The notes: generated from the sequence alone by a model not told the origin. A stretch of 64,000 bases of DNA from Sphyrna mokarran (GCA_024679065.1 JAGIQG010000004.1:26722001-26786000); one strand, 5' to 3'. Counted from the stretch's first letter, positions 14,136 through 25,911 are shown. A program made the numbers and translations.

Positions 14136-15315
14136 ATGGATCTTGGTCTCATTGATTTCAAGTTGGCCATTGTGGTGGCTGCTGAGGAGGAGGCAGTGGT
14201 TCAGGAGGTGGAAGGCGTAGGGAGGCCAGTCCAGGAGCAGCCAGTGGTAGGCCCTCAGAAAGGAGGGCAAGGGGCTGCTGCTGATGGCCGTGATGTGAGA
14301 CAGCAGTCTCCCAAAAGGGAGCCAGGAGAAGGAGGATGCGGAGGCCTAAGTGATACAAGACCAGAACATCATTCAAGCGGCTGTCAGAGGTCATGTGTTG
14401 TTGTCGGCTCTGCCTATCTAAGGACATGGTCCAGCATTTGTGTGAGGTGCTCACATATCTGGCACTTGAGAAGAGAGGTGGCCATGCTGCCAACAGAAAT
14501 TAAGGTGACGGCTGCACTTAATTTCAATGCAACAGGGTCATTTCAGGCACCCAGTGGCGAGCTTTGTGGAATCTCTCAGGCCTCTATCCACTGATGTGTT
14601 CACCAGGTAACAGATGCCTTGTTCACCCGAGCAAGCCATCATATCCATTTTGATGTTGGACAGGATCGGCAGGAGGCCCAGGCTGCAGGTTTCGCCACCA
14701 TTGCCGGGATGCCCCCTGTGCAGGGAGCAGGGGATAGGGCACACATCTTTCTGCGGTCCCAGTGAGGTGATGGGCAACAATTCATTAACAAAAGAGGTGC
14801 TACTCCCTCAGTGTACAAATTGTATAAGACCATCATGCAGGTCTATGCACTTCACCCAGGGAGTATCCATGACAGCTTTGTGCTGAGACAGTCAGACATC
14901 CCTGGGCTCTTTGATGACCAGCCCAGGCTGTCAGGATGGCTCATGCTGTATAAGGACTACCTACTGAGATCATGGCTGATGACACCAGTGCAGGGGCTTG
15001 AGACTGAGGCAGAAGCCTGCTACAGTGAGACCCACACTGCCACCCAGTCCATAGCAGGCCTGTTGAAAATGCAGTTCCGCGCTGCCTGGACTGGTCTCCA
15101 AAATAACCTTGTGCATGCCTCGTACGAAATAATTGCACGCTGCATCCTGCACAACAATGTGCAGCAGCAGGGAAACCAGCTGAGGACGAGGGCGAGCATC
15201 GGCACCAGGGAAAAGTAAGCGACTTGTTGAATAAGAAGCTCGAGGATGGAGGACAAGTGGTGATAGCAGGTGCCTGGCAGGGCAGAGCAGCAAGGGAGGC
15301 CCACTTCACCTGGCA
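14136..15315 (+). pseudogene. Harbinger (HARBI1-like) DDE transposase, frameshifted
   Basis: Fragments LPTEIKVTAALNFNATGSFQ...CGISQASIH, VTDALF, GFATIAGMPPVQGA, FINKRG, HPGSIHDSFVLRQS, WLMTPV, GLLKMQFR and CILHN follow HARBI1/PIF motif order across several frames. Confidence 0.88.
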
Positions 15316-15982
15316 GGAAATATCCACTGTGGGGGATGCTCCCAATATCCTTCCACCACACCTCAGGAACCACTGCAGGCACCACTACCCTCCCACCTGC
15401 TCCCACACCCGCACAACTCAAAGCTCGCCACTCAACCCACACGACCCTTTCCCCATCCTCTCTCAGCCCACCTCCCAACCTCAAGAAACATTACAACAGG
15501 TTACTGGGCCTGGGCTGGCACTGGTGTCAAGTCTTTGGTGAAGGCTGGAGGAAGATGACTACTCACTGGAAGGCACACTGGGATCCTGCCCCGATGCCAC
15601 TCCTGAGTCTGACACCTATCTGTTCTCAAATACACACTGGCACTTGGGCATGCAGCAATAAGGGTTGGGGAAACAAGCCCGTGGGGCAATGGGTTGGAGG
15701 CCTGACTAGGGAGTTGGTATAAAGATGGTAGTGTTTAAATAAGGGTTCAGTGAATGGTGGGGAATGTAGTGCAGGCGGATCTATAACTTTTGGCCAAAAG
15801 GACTGGTATCCCACAGCACAACAGTTTGCACCTCGATATTTGGGATTGGTGTGCACCCAGCTCTGTGAGGGGAAAATTAGAGACAAAACTGTCACAGCTT
15901 GAGGTGTAAATAACTTTTAATTTTGCTCTTAACATTGACCAAAAACTTAACCCTGACTGCTGGTGACCTTCATGATGAACCT

Positions 15983-17900
15983 TCAACTTTCTAATCTTCT
16001 GCAACCTCCTGCTTTGTCTAGGTGCTCCCCCAGTATGCGCATTGGAAGTGGAGGTGCCCACTGTGATCCACACCTGTTGTCTCTGATGTCCTTGTTGACC
16101 ATTCCTGGGGGCTGAGACAAGCTGGTCCCGGCCGACTCGCAGATGATACTATGTTTCTGTACCAACCAGCGAGCCAGAGATTTTCTGGTGTGTCTCAGGA
16201 CATTCCGGGTCTCCTGGGTGGGGAGAGTGCAGCATGGGCTCCAGCACTTCCTCTGTCCTTGAGGTGCCCATTGGCTCCGGGGATACTCCATGGGACGCCA
16301 GGATAACTGGACTGAGCTCCAAAAGCTTCAGCATAACCAGGCTCTGCCAATCCTGGAGGCCCAGAAGCATCTGCCCCATGATCTGTGACCCCTCTGCCCT
16401 ACCCCTCTGACACTGGGTCAAGCTCTGCAGCCACCTCCGCCACAGCACACTGTGAGTGAGCCAAGCTATGGAACCCCTCAGTATTAGTTCTCTGAGCCTG
16501 GGCTAAGTTGTTGAGGCCCACAGCCATGGCCTACAGTGTCTCTGGCACGCTCCGACACCTGTGGACCGATGTGCCTCCAGGATGCCAGTGTCACTGACAG
16601 CCGTGGCCTGCTGTGTCTCTGCCATGGCCCATTGTATCTCCAGGATGGCCTGGACCTGTCACCTATCAGGCCAAATCCCTACGCCAGACTTTATACTATG
16701 GACGTCATCCTTACAGTGTTGACCTGGTTAATGGACTGTGCCGGCAATATCTCCTCCACCAGCACTCTATTTGACTCTTCCAAATAGTCTTGCCATCGCA
16801 GCATGATTGCTGACAGCCCATCCACAACTCCCTGAGTTTGTTGATGCATTGCCACAAGCTTCAGGGTGAACGAACCCTGAGGCCTGGCATCTGGCTCGGG
16901 ACCAGCCGCTTCCTCACCTCTAGCAGACGTCCGTGTGCCTGGGCTCTCGGACATGCCTGCCTCCATCTCGTGTGCACAGCGGCTGTGATACACTCACCAG
17001 TAAGTGACCCAGAAGCCTCAGCAATAATATGACCAACAGTGGTGGTAATGTGTGTTGGTGGGTTGTGGTCTCTCCAAGGTGCCATCTAAGGTGTCCATGG
17101 GAGTTGGCTCCTGAGCAGCAGGGGTGGAGGGCAGAGGAGCCTGGTTCATAAGGATCCAGCACTGTAAGAAAGAACATACATTAGGGGAAGAGAGGGAAAA
17201 TATCCCACGCAGCATGGCACTTACTTCAAAGAAGATTTAGGAATTGAGTTCAGCTGATGCTCACTTGCATGCTGGACACCGACTGCCAGTAACCATTCTA
17301 GGTGCATCTCCTCTTGTCAGCCCCAGGGCACGTTGCTCAGAGCCTATCAGCTGCCGCAGCTCAGGAACATGCCTGTCATTTTTCTCCCTCTCATGCCGGT
17401 TGTGTGCATTTTACTCCTGTGGGGACATAAGGGGGATTGAAAGCATGATGTATGGAAGGACATGAGGTGGAATGCCTGTCGGGATTGGGGAGTTCGTGTT
17501 GGCCGTTTCAAGGAAAATGGTTTTCACTGGGAGGTGCCAATTGGTGGAGTGCCAAGGGATTGGAAGCAGTACTGGGGGGAGTGGAGTTGGTGGCTGCACT
17601 CGAGGTGTCGGGGGATGGTTTGACATTGTAGGCACAGCACATGTACAGTTTTCAGAAAGGTATACATACTCATTCTCGAGCCTGAAGAAACTCATTCATT
17701 TTCTTATGGTATTACTCTCCAGACTGAGGGATCAGTGTCCTGGCATTCACAGCGGAAGCCATTGCCTTCCAAACGATGTGTACTGTGCGACCTCTTTGGC
17801 GATGGCCCTGAGTGGAGTACAGAAGATGGCTCCTTTCCTCTATTGCGTCCAGCAGGCAGACTTGCTCTGAAAATCTCGGAGCACTTTTCTTCAGGGCCAT
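15983..17900 (-). pseudogene. Harbinger Myb/SANT-like DNA-binding partner gene, spliced, decayed
   Basis: Exon 1 reads APRFSEQVCLLDAIEERSHLLY...WKAMASAVNA...KKMNEFLQAR. Exon 2 (17416-17265, cag|...|gtgagc) reads AHNRHEREK...PELRQL...EQRALGL. Exon 3 acceptor ttacag at 17162-17163. The C-terminus is basic (TGGAPRQSRRLQKIRKLK). Confidence 0.8.
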
Positions 17901-18661
17901 CTTCCTGATGTGACTGCTTGATGTTTCCGTTACTGCAGCTTATATACAGTTCTGGTTTGTTAAGGGAGTCCAGGTGCAGTCAGTAAGGGGTGTTAGATAA
18001 ATTTCATTGTGAATAATGTACTGGCAACCTGATTTCATTAGAAGGCGAGCCATCTCTAAAGGCGTTGATTGGATGAACTCAACAAGATACCGTTTCCAGG
18101 AGGAGAGGGGGATGCAATGCTCAAGGCTCTCACACAATGAGGGGGAATACTCACAGGCATGGGGTGTGCAAGGCAGTACAGTGATACGTGTGTGAAGAGA
18201 GGAGGTGGGGGAGGGATGGGAAGGTTGAAGGGCAGTGATTTTCTTGTTGGGGAGATGGGAGGAGAGGGCAGTAATGTCTGTGGTGGGGAGAATGAGAGGC
18301 CAGTGATTAGGCAAGTAAAGTCCACAGGGGTGGGGGTGGGGGGAATGAGTGGCTAGTGTTCAGGCCAGCAATGCCCATGGGGGGGTTGAGGCCAGTAATT
18401 TCATGGCTGGGAAGTCTTGTTTAGCGATCTCGCGGAGCTGTGTGCATGTGCAGGGGCCCACTCAGCGTGCTGATTTCAGCCTCTACAGCAGAAACAGGCC
18501 CCGTTCCTGGATTTTTCACGTGATTCATGCTCGTGCCTTCTCCAGTGCACAGAATGGGAGATTCATTTTGAAAGTCGCGCTGAAAAAACCAGTGTGAGTT
18601 TACTCCAATTTTCACATGAATTTGACACTTAGAATCTTTTGGGAGAATCTATAATGCCCCC

Positions 18662-19590
18662 ATAGCTCCTGAAAAACGTCCAGTCTACCTTAGATTACCC
18701 TAAAGGGTAAGATATCTCAGAATTGTGGGCAATAGGTGAAGCTGGCTGTTGTATGCTATAACTAAGCTGTAGCAACATGATTGGTATGCTCCACTAACAG
18801 GATGCTGCCATCAAGCCCAAAAGCTCATCTGCCTGTTGCAAAAATGAGCAATGTAGTATGTAAATTTCAGTGCCGCTGCGTTGCCAGGTCCATAAGCTGG
18901 ACATCCCAAAGACTGGTATCAATCATATCAAATAGTACCTCCCTTCAGTTGTTCACAACAACGTCCAATCAGCCTGTGTTTGCAAAACATAAAACATAAC
19001 ATTCAACATCAGATGTGATTCCGCAATTGGACAACATCTATTAAACAATCCTGATTGTGCTAATTATACTGAAAATTAATTGAAGATTGTTAATCAGACT
19101 CACAATTAGTGTGGTTCACTTACACATGCTAAAAGTCATTTCTAATCATACACCGGGTCCTGGTCATTTGCAAACAGAAGGAATTTGTCCATACTTGCAC
19201 CTTTTTCAACAAAAGCTTAGGGAACAGTCACTTCTTTGTTAATTCTTCTGGACAATGCCCTGACCAGATTAGACTTGCTTAGTCACATGAGCTTTTGGAT
19301 GTTAACCTGATATTGTGAAGCTTCTTACTGTGCTTACCCCAGTCCAACGCCAGCATCTCCACATCAGATTAGACTTGTCCGCTTTGAATTTAAATAAATA
19401 GAGCAGTTAACTATTCCATGCTATATTTTCCATGGTTAAAAACTCCACCAGATCCACTTGTGAACCAATTAGCACTCACTTCTTATGCTGTACAAACTGT
19501 TGGATCCCCCATTATTGATGATAATTTCTTGTGAGCTATCTTGATCAGTGCAAGATGAAAAGTTTTGAAATCACTTCTCTTTTTCTAGCA
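18662..19590 (+). mobile_element. Penelope-like retroelement A, 3' part (GIY-YIG endonuclease and 3' UTR)
   Basis: PEKRPVYLRLP, TNRMLPSS...MSNVVCKFQCRCVARSISWTSQRL (degenerate GIY-YIG), DSAIGQHLLNNPDC and CKQKEFVHTLHLF. Continues the element ending at 13121. Confidence 0.85.
19278..19364 (+). mobile_element. Short Penelope family-B terminal-repeat insertion
   Basis: cttcttactgtgcttaccccagtccaacgccagcatctccacat flanked by a perfect 13-bp duplication CAGATTAGACTTG (19265-19277 / 19365-19377). Confidence 0.75.
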
Positions 19591-19659
19591 ACATAAAAGG
19601 TGTTAAGATCCCCTGGGTTAAGATCGCTAGGGTTCTGTTCACCCTATTAGGGAAAGGCT

Positions 19660-19775
19660 ATTATTAAACTAGAAAGAGTGCATAAAAGAATTACCAAGAT
19701 GCTATTAGGAATTGATGGTTTGAATTATAAGGAGAGGCTGGATAAACTGGGACATTTTTCCTCGGAGTGAAGGGG
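19660..19775 (+). mobile_element. Small CR1/HER1 ORF2 fragment
   Basis: LERVHKRITKML.G..GLNYKERLDKLGHFSSE, homologous to the 42866..43099 ORF. Confidence 0.65.
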
Positions 19776-19789
19776 GCTTTTGCTTCTTA

Positions 19790-22760
19790 CAGTGCATGGG
19801 TTACTACAATTCAAGATGAAAGTCACTGTCTCATCAAGAAAAAAGAACGACAGGCACCAAATCCCAAAGACCTCATGGAAGTTAGAAATTGTGTAGAAAC
19901 AGGTATCCAGAGAGTGCGGCATAGAATTTAGGTTCAGACTTGAGAAAAGCTGTCCTCTGAAGCAACCTCAAGTAAAGATGTTGAAGTAATATGGTCAACT
20001 TTCAAAGCCACAAGATTGGTGTGATGAAAGCAATGATCAAATTAAGGAACTGTTACAGGAGAAAAATGCAGCATAAGCAACTTGACTAGGAAACAAAGAT
20101 GCACCTTTTGCTAATAAATAACTCCCAGGAAGGGCAAAAGAAATGAACAACAGCAGCTGCATTGGATACAAGATGCATGGTGGGTCAAACAAGCCAGAAA
20201 GCTTCAAGTCTGTGCTAATCAACTCAACATGAAGAATTTCCATAAAGCCCTGAAAGCTGTGTACGCTTCTCCCTCCCGTGGCTGCTTACTTGTTCTCTGC
20301 CCTGACTGAGAGCTTTATGGGTGTGCTTATCCATCCATCCACTGTAAATAGGGTAGCTATAGGAGGCAAGTATTCAGATGTGAAAGTTTGGACAGCAAAC
20401 TCACTATCGTGGAGGTTGACAATGTCAGAACTCCACCCTCAAGGAAAGGGACAGGTTCAGACTGAACACCAGGAGAAATTTACAAATCCAGCCAGTCACC
20501 AAACTTGCGCAATTGTATCACAGAACGTGGGATCAGCAAGCCATTCCTCAGGAGTTCAAAGATACTACAACTGTTCGTGCTTACACAGGAAAAGAACAGA
20601 GATCTGTGACAACTACAGAAGAATCTCACTGCTTGTAATATTCTAGCAAAAGCTCTATGTTACAGATTGGTAAGCCAAACACATGTACTACTGGATGGTC
20701 AACATGGTTCAGGAAAGCCAGAGACAGTTACATGATCATCACTCTTTGGCAAGTACAAGAGAAATGCTGTAAACAACAGATGGGACTCTACTGTGCCTTT
20801 GTTGATATGATAAGGACCTTTGACACAGTAAATAGAGGAGCCTTGTGAAAAGGCTTAGCCAAATGTGGATGTACTGATAAAGCTATAAATCTGAGAAACC
20901 AGTTTAATGATGGAATGATTGCCAAAGTCACTGAATGTGGTGGAAACACTGACCCCTTTGACCCCAATAAGTGATGTGAAGCAAGAATGGCTTCTGCAAC
21001 TTTCAATATATTCTTTGCTGTTGTATTTTCTGGGGAATTGAATGTAAGTATGATTAAATAAACATGCAAGTCAGAACAGGTGGCAAGCTTTTCAGCTGGA
21101 ATTCTCAACTAAGCTATCAGAGATGATGATATGGGAAGCGCTGTTAGTCAGAATTTCAAACACAAAAAGAGGCTCTTTGGTCCATCATTTCTGTGCCAGC
21201 CAGCAACTGCCCATCTACTTTAAACCCATTTTCCAGCACATAGTCTTATATGCTACGATGAAATGCTTCTTACATGTTGTGAGGGTTCCCACCACTGCCA
21301 CCCTTCAGGCAGTGAGTTCTAGATTCCACTACCCTCTGGGTGAAAACATTTTACCTCAAACTCCCTCTAAATCTCCTGCCCTTACCTGAAATCTATGCTC
21401 CCTTGTTTTTACTGCTCAATAAAGCGGGGAAATTCCTTCCTATCTATGCCCTTCATCATTTTATACATCTCGATCATGTCTCCCCTCAGCCTTCTCTGCT
21501 CTAAGGGAAACAGACTAATCTAGGCAGTCTCTTTTCATAGCTAAAATATTCCAGCCCAAGCAATATCATGATGAATCTCTTCTGCACCCCTCGAGTGCAA
21601 CCTTCCTATTCACGATTACGTACAGTACTTCAGGTGTGGCCTAACAAGCCTTTTGTACAGCTCTATCACAACTTCCTTGCTCTTATATTCAATACCTTGA
21701 CATATCAGGCGAGTATTCCAAATGCTTTCTTAACCACCTTATCTACCTATCCTGCTGCCTTCAGGATTCTATGGACATGTACCTCTAGTCCTTTGTACTT
21801 GCTAGCATCTTATCGATCGTTGGGTATTCCCTTGCCTTGATAGACCTCCCAAAATGCCATTTGCCACCATTTATATTGTCCTGTATTCTAGGGCTTTTCT
21901 TCTCACTATGAACCATGCTGCCAATTTTTGTGTCATCTGCAAACTTACTCCTACCTCCTACTTTCACTTACAGATCGTTAACGTACACAACAATCAGCAA
22001 GCCCCTGATACACTACTGGACACTCCAAACATCACCCTTTATCTCCTACCTCTAAATCAACTTTGAATCCAATTTGCCAAATTAAGTGTGCCCCCATGTC
22101 ACACTCTGAACATGGCCTTCAATGAATCACGGACTGATTTTCAAAAGCTGCTGATAACCATGGAGTAACTAACAGCTCAAAGGAAACAAGATATTCCACC
22201 AACCATCAAATTTTAACTTTATCCCACCTCCCATAATTATTAAGGATGCAACCACAGAGGCTGCGGATAATTTCACCTACTTTGCAAGCACAATCTCCAG
22301 AAATATCTGCATTGACAGCAGGGTGATGAATAAAATGACCACATCAAGCTCAACATTTGCTTACTTATGCAAGAGGTTGTGAAAGAAGTGATATTTCAAG
22401 CTTACAACAAAACTTGCTGTGTAAAACCTTAGGAAGTGTGGCATGTCCAACATGGACTGGAAACAAAGTATACAAGAATGATCAGCCCAAGGAGCAATTT
22501 CAAATGGCACAGTTTCCATTGAACAGCAAGAAACACAGGTATCTCAGGACAAAGGGCAAGCAAGAAAAACCATACTGTCCCAATTAAAACAGACAATTCA
22601 TCCTTGCCCACATTATGGAAAGTCAGCAATCTGTAACTGGGCTCCACAGACATGTTAGATCGGAAAACAGGTGATTCTACTTGTGCAAGAATTAGCCATC
22701 TTTGATATCAAAGGGAACTGATGATGACAATCTATACTGGAACAGCTCAGCTACTAGTGG
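19790..22760 (+). mobile_element. RTE (BovB-like) LINE, decayed, interrupted by a CR1 copy at ~21150-22095
   Basis: QDWCDESNDQIKELLQEK, NMKNFHKALKAVY, CDNYRRISLL, QVQEKCCKQQMGLYCAFVDMIRTFDTVNR and DNFTYFASTISRN are RTE-clade RT motifs. Confidence 0.8.
21150..22095 (-). mobile_element. CR1/HER1-like LINE (RT C-terminal half and tail), decayed
   Basis: SKFADDTKIGSMV (ORF 21785..21967), LY.RLVRPHLKYC, plus a CR1 3' region homologous to 42750-43540. Confidence 0.8.
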
Positions 22761-22929
22761 AAGTCTTCAGTCCTGCAGCCAGCATGTTGTCAGGCCCCAT
22801 AGTATTTGTTGTATTCAGCACCTTCATCTATTTCTTATAACTTGTGCAGTGAGTCAAATTTTCTGATGATTGGCACACGTGAGGACCTCAGAAGGAGAGC
22901 CTAGAAAGACCATGCACTCCACATATGCT

Positions 22930-23250
22930 AGGTAAATATTGTTGCAAATGCTTCAGCCTTGCCTTTGTACTCATGTGCTGCACTCCACCATCACTGAAGC
23001 TGTGGGTGTTCGTCAAGTATCTTCTGCCCTTTAGTTATTTAATTGCTCACCACTATAGTTGTGGTAGGAAGGCTGTGAGAGTGATGGTGGTAAATTTCTT
23101 GAAACAATGTTAAATGTGCTGTTAGACATGAAGCGCCATAATTTTGATCCCGTGATGACGAAGGAACAATGATATTTTTCCAAGTCAGTATCGTGTGTCA
23201 CTTGGAGTAGAACTTTCAGCTTGTGTAGATGGTAAAGTAACATGTTTGAA
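22930..23250 (-). mobile_element. Fragments of CR1-group LINE family B
   Basis: gaaggaacaatgatatttttccaagtcagtatcgtgtgtcacttggag matches 7960-8000 and 9265-9310. Confidence 0.55.
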
Positions 23251-23332
23251 GGAATGATTCAACTCATTTAAATCAGCTAGTTTATTTATGCAATGACAGT
23301 TGTGTTTTTGCTGAGTTAACATATTAGTTGAT

Positions 23333-23553
23333 GGCAGCACAATGGCACAGTGATGAGCATTGCAGCCAAGAAACCAGGTTTGGGTTTCCTCCAAGTATTC
23401 CAATTGACCATGGTAAATGTGTGGGGTTACAGGTATAGAATGGGGGGGGGAGGTGGTGAGAGAGAGCCTGAGTAGGATGCTCTTTCAGACAGTCGATGAA
23501 GACTTGATGGGCTGAGTGCCTTCTTTCTGCACTGTCAGTATTCTATGATTGTA
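23333..23553 (+). mobile_element. HE1-like V-SINE, internally deleted
   Basis: tRNA-like head ggcagcacaatggcacagtg and tail gacttgatgggctgagtgccttctttctgcactgtcagtattctatg. Confidence 0.7.
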
Positions 23554-23769
23554 TCTGCCACCAGATATGAAAAAGCAGATACTATTTACAAAGTCCATTA
23601 GAAATTATTTCACAGCAATACAATGTGGCTGCTCCATGCCCAACAAATCCAACACATCATTGCAACTCTCCACTCAGTTCTTCTTCTGGTACCTTCCGGT
23701 CTCTTCTGAAGCCAAGGAATTGTAAAGAATTAAGACCTCCATCACTCAATGGACATCATTCTGGACAAG

Positions 23770-24000
23770 GTTACAGCTAGGTTAAATCCACTTTTCATCT
23801 TCTCCACACATGTGGAGCTCCAGTAGGAATTGTTAAATAGTTAAGCAGGGAAATCAACCCTGGCATTCTTTTCCCCTCCTCATATGAGAAAAGCTGAGGC
23901 CAACTGTAATTGCCACCCAGCTGACATAAGGCAAACTGCACAGACAAGACCTTGCTGTTTTATGTGGCCCAGTGGTAACGCATTTATCCTTTGAGTCATG
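23770..24000 (-). mobile_element. Old SINE-like repeat
   Basis: Similar to 35640-35960. tRNA-head-like sequence on the minus strand near 23950-24000. Heavily diverged. Confidence 0.35.
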
Positions 24001-24967
24001 AAGGGTTGCAATACTGGTCTCTAAATGTTATTTGTGTGACAATTTCCAAACTTCTAATTTTAGAAGCTTAGATCTAACCATAGAACATAATTAGAACAAA
24101 ATGTTCTTTAAAAGGTTTGCTGAATTTTAAACCAATAGGGTATCATATTGAAGAAAATTACAAAGTTAGCCTAAAATTGGTCTTTACTTTGGATGAATAC
24201 CTTGTTTGGAACACAAAATGATTGGTACAGATGCCATTTCAGGTTAATGTGCAGCTGCTAATTTTGGAACATTTTAGACTTAAGTTGCGAAATGTATGCG
24301 TGCACGCCACTGCTGAAACACTTTGCAGCCCATTGGTAGTTTCTTGTCTGGTCTCCAATGAGCAAACTGCATCTGTGACAGAAGTTGTTACAACAATGAC
24401 ATGTGCTGCATGCTTTATATGTTGGATAATGGTTCCAATATTATCTCCCTACTGAGAGGGAAAATGATTTCCTGATGATGCAGAATAGCAGTCATTTGAA
24501 CCTTAATTAATTTTCAGCTATATAAATAAATTACTTTTAATACCCACAGCCAAATCTGAAAGCAGCATTCATTCTTAACACTTAAAGTCACAAGTAAATA
24601 TTTATGTGCAGTTGCTTGCTGCTCATCATGATTGATACTCCTTGATTCACCATTCTCCACAAAACATTAGAAATGAAAGTAGTGGTTAATTCTGAGGAAA
24701 AAAAATGCCAGTGAATAATTTATCTATAGTGGTCACTGTTCCAAGCATTTCTATCCCTTAAAATTAGCACAATAAAGGCTGAAAAAGGGTAAAATTAACT
24801 CATTTGCATTAATGATAAACAGAAGTGATATTCCATATCATAAAATACAAATAGCATTCTAAGTTAAAATTAGAATGCTTTAAAATTAGAAGCTTTCAAA
24901 ATTTCACCACCATAATTACAGCAGTGAGTAAAGCAAAATAGTTTTGTATTAGAAGCAGTGTACTACT

Positions 24968-25911
24968 TTTCTAGTACAGCGGGTTGGGAGAATCACGCGT
25001 TGGCCGATTCCTGTGGTTCCCATGAGTGTTTGCGCCACGCTTGCGATTCCCAGCATCGGATTTCTGATGGCATCTACACCTCGCTGAAAATTGGCTGAGA
25101 GGTTGGTGGGGATAGGGTCAACATTTAAATAATATTTAGTACATTATTTAAATACTATTTGCAGGCCTGGTACTGAAGTATCCCAGCCCGCTAGCATCTC
25201 CCATCCAGCCAGAGTGTTTCACTCCACAGGGGATTATAGTAGTCCCTTGGTAACAGAGAGTTAGCGGTTTGACCCTGCTGGAGTGAAGGGAGACAATCAG
25301 GATCCTCCATGGTGTGGGCGGTGAGATATGCACATGGGTGACCTGGCAGTGCCAACCTGTGCCCCTAACACTGCCCAAGGGCAGCAACATACTCATGCCC
25401 AGGGGACACTGTGGCACAGCCCATTGAGCAAGGGCAGTACCCAGGGGTATATGGAGAGCAATCGGTGGGAGAGGGGGTTCACACTGTCACTCTGCCATTG
25501 CGATTGATGGAAGCCAGCGATCGTGGTGGGGGGAACTGCACTGCGAGAGGGTGGGAGGGAATTGGCACTGCAGGGGGTGGGGGAGTTGTGGGGGGGTGGT
25601 GGAGATCAAGGCAGTCTGGGATGGAAGAGGGTTCGAGGCTGGTCCGGAAATGGTCGGGGACCGCACTGTGGTGGTCCCATAGAGACTGACAGTTTTGGGC
25701 CACTGTGCATGTGCACAGGCCTACTGATTTCAACCTCCTAAGCAGGAATAGATCTTGCCTCTTGAAATCTAATGATATTCCTGTTGGTGGCCTCTGCATT
25801 GCACGGCATGCAAGAGATTCCAGTATGAACTCTCTCTGAAAAATCCGGAGTGAATTACTCAAATTTTCCCACAAATTCAACACATAGAAATTTTTGGGGA
25901 GAATTCCAGCC
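24968..25911. mobile_element. Non-autonomous Harbinger derivative (left TIR missing)
   Basis: Right end ctgaaaaatccggagtgaattactcaaattttcccacaaattcaacacatagaaatttttggggagaattccagcc is homologous to 18580-18661. Left part is homologous to 13150-13400. Confidence 0.75.

Larger units (their letters stand above)
13122..18661. mobile_element. Full-length decayed autonomous PIF/Harbinger DNA transposon
   Basis: Left TIR agaggcaattctccca (13122-13137). Right TIR tgggagaat[ctataa]tgccccc (18640-18661). 3-bp TSD ATA at 13119-13121 and 18662-18664. Contains convergent transposase and Myb/SANT genes. Confidence 0.88.

Noticed and set aside
13701-14594. Longest ORF (297 aa) as an intact gene
   Set aside because: It is a chance fusion of non-coding sequence with parts of the frameshifted Harbinger transposase. 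It stops before the catalytic core.
14136-15315. Domesticated host HARBI1 gene
   Set aside because: It has stops and frameshifts, and lies between TIRs with a TSD inside another TE.
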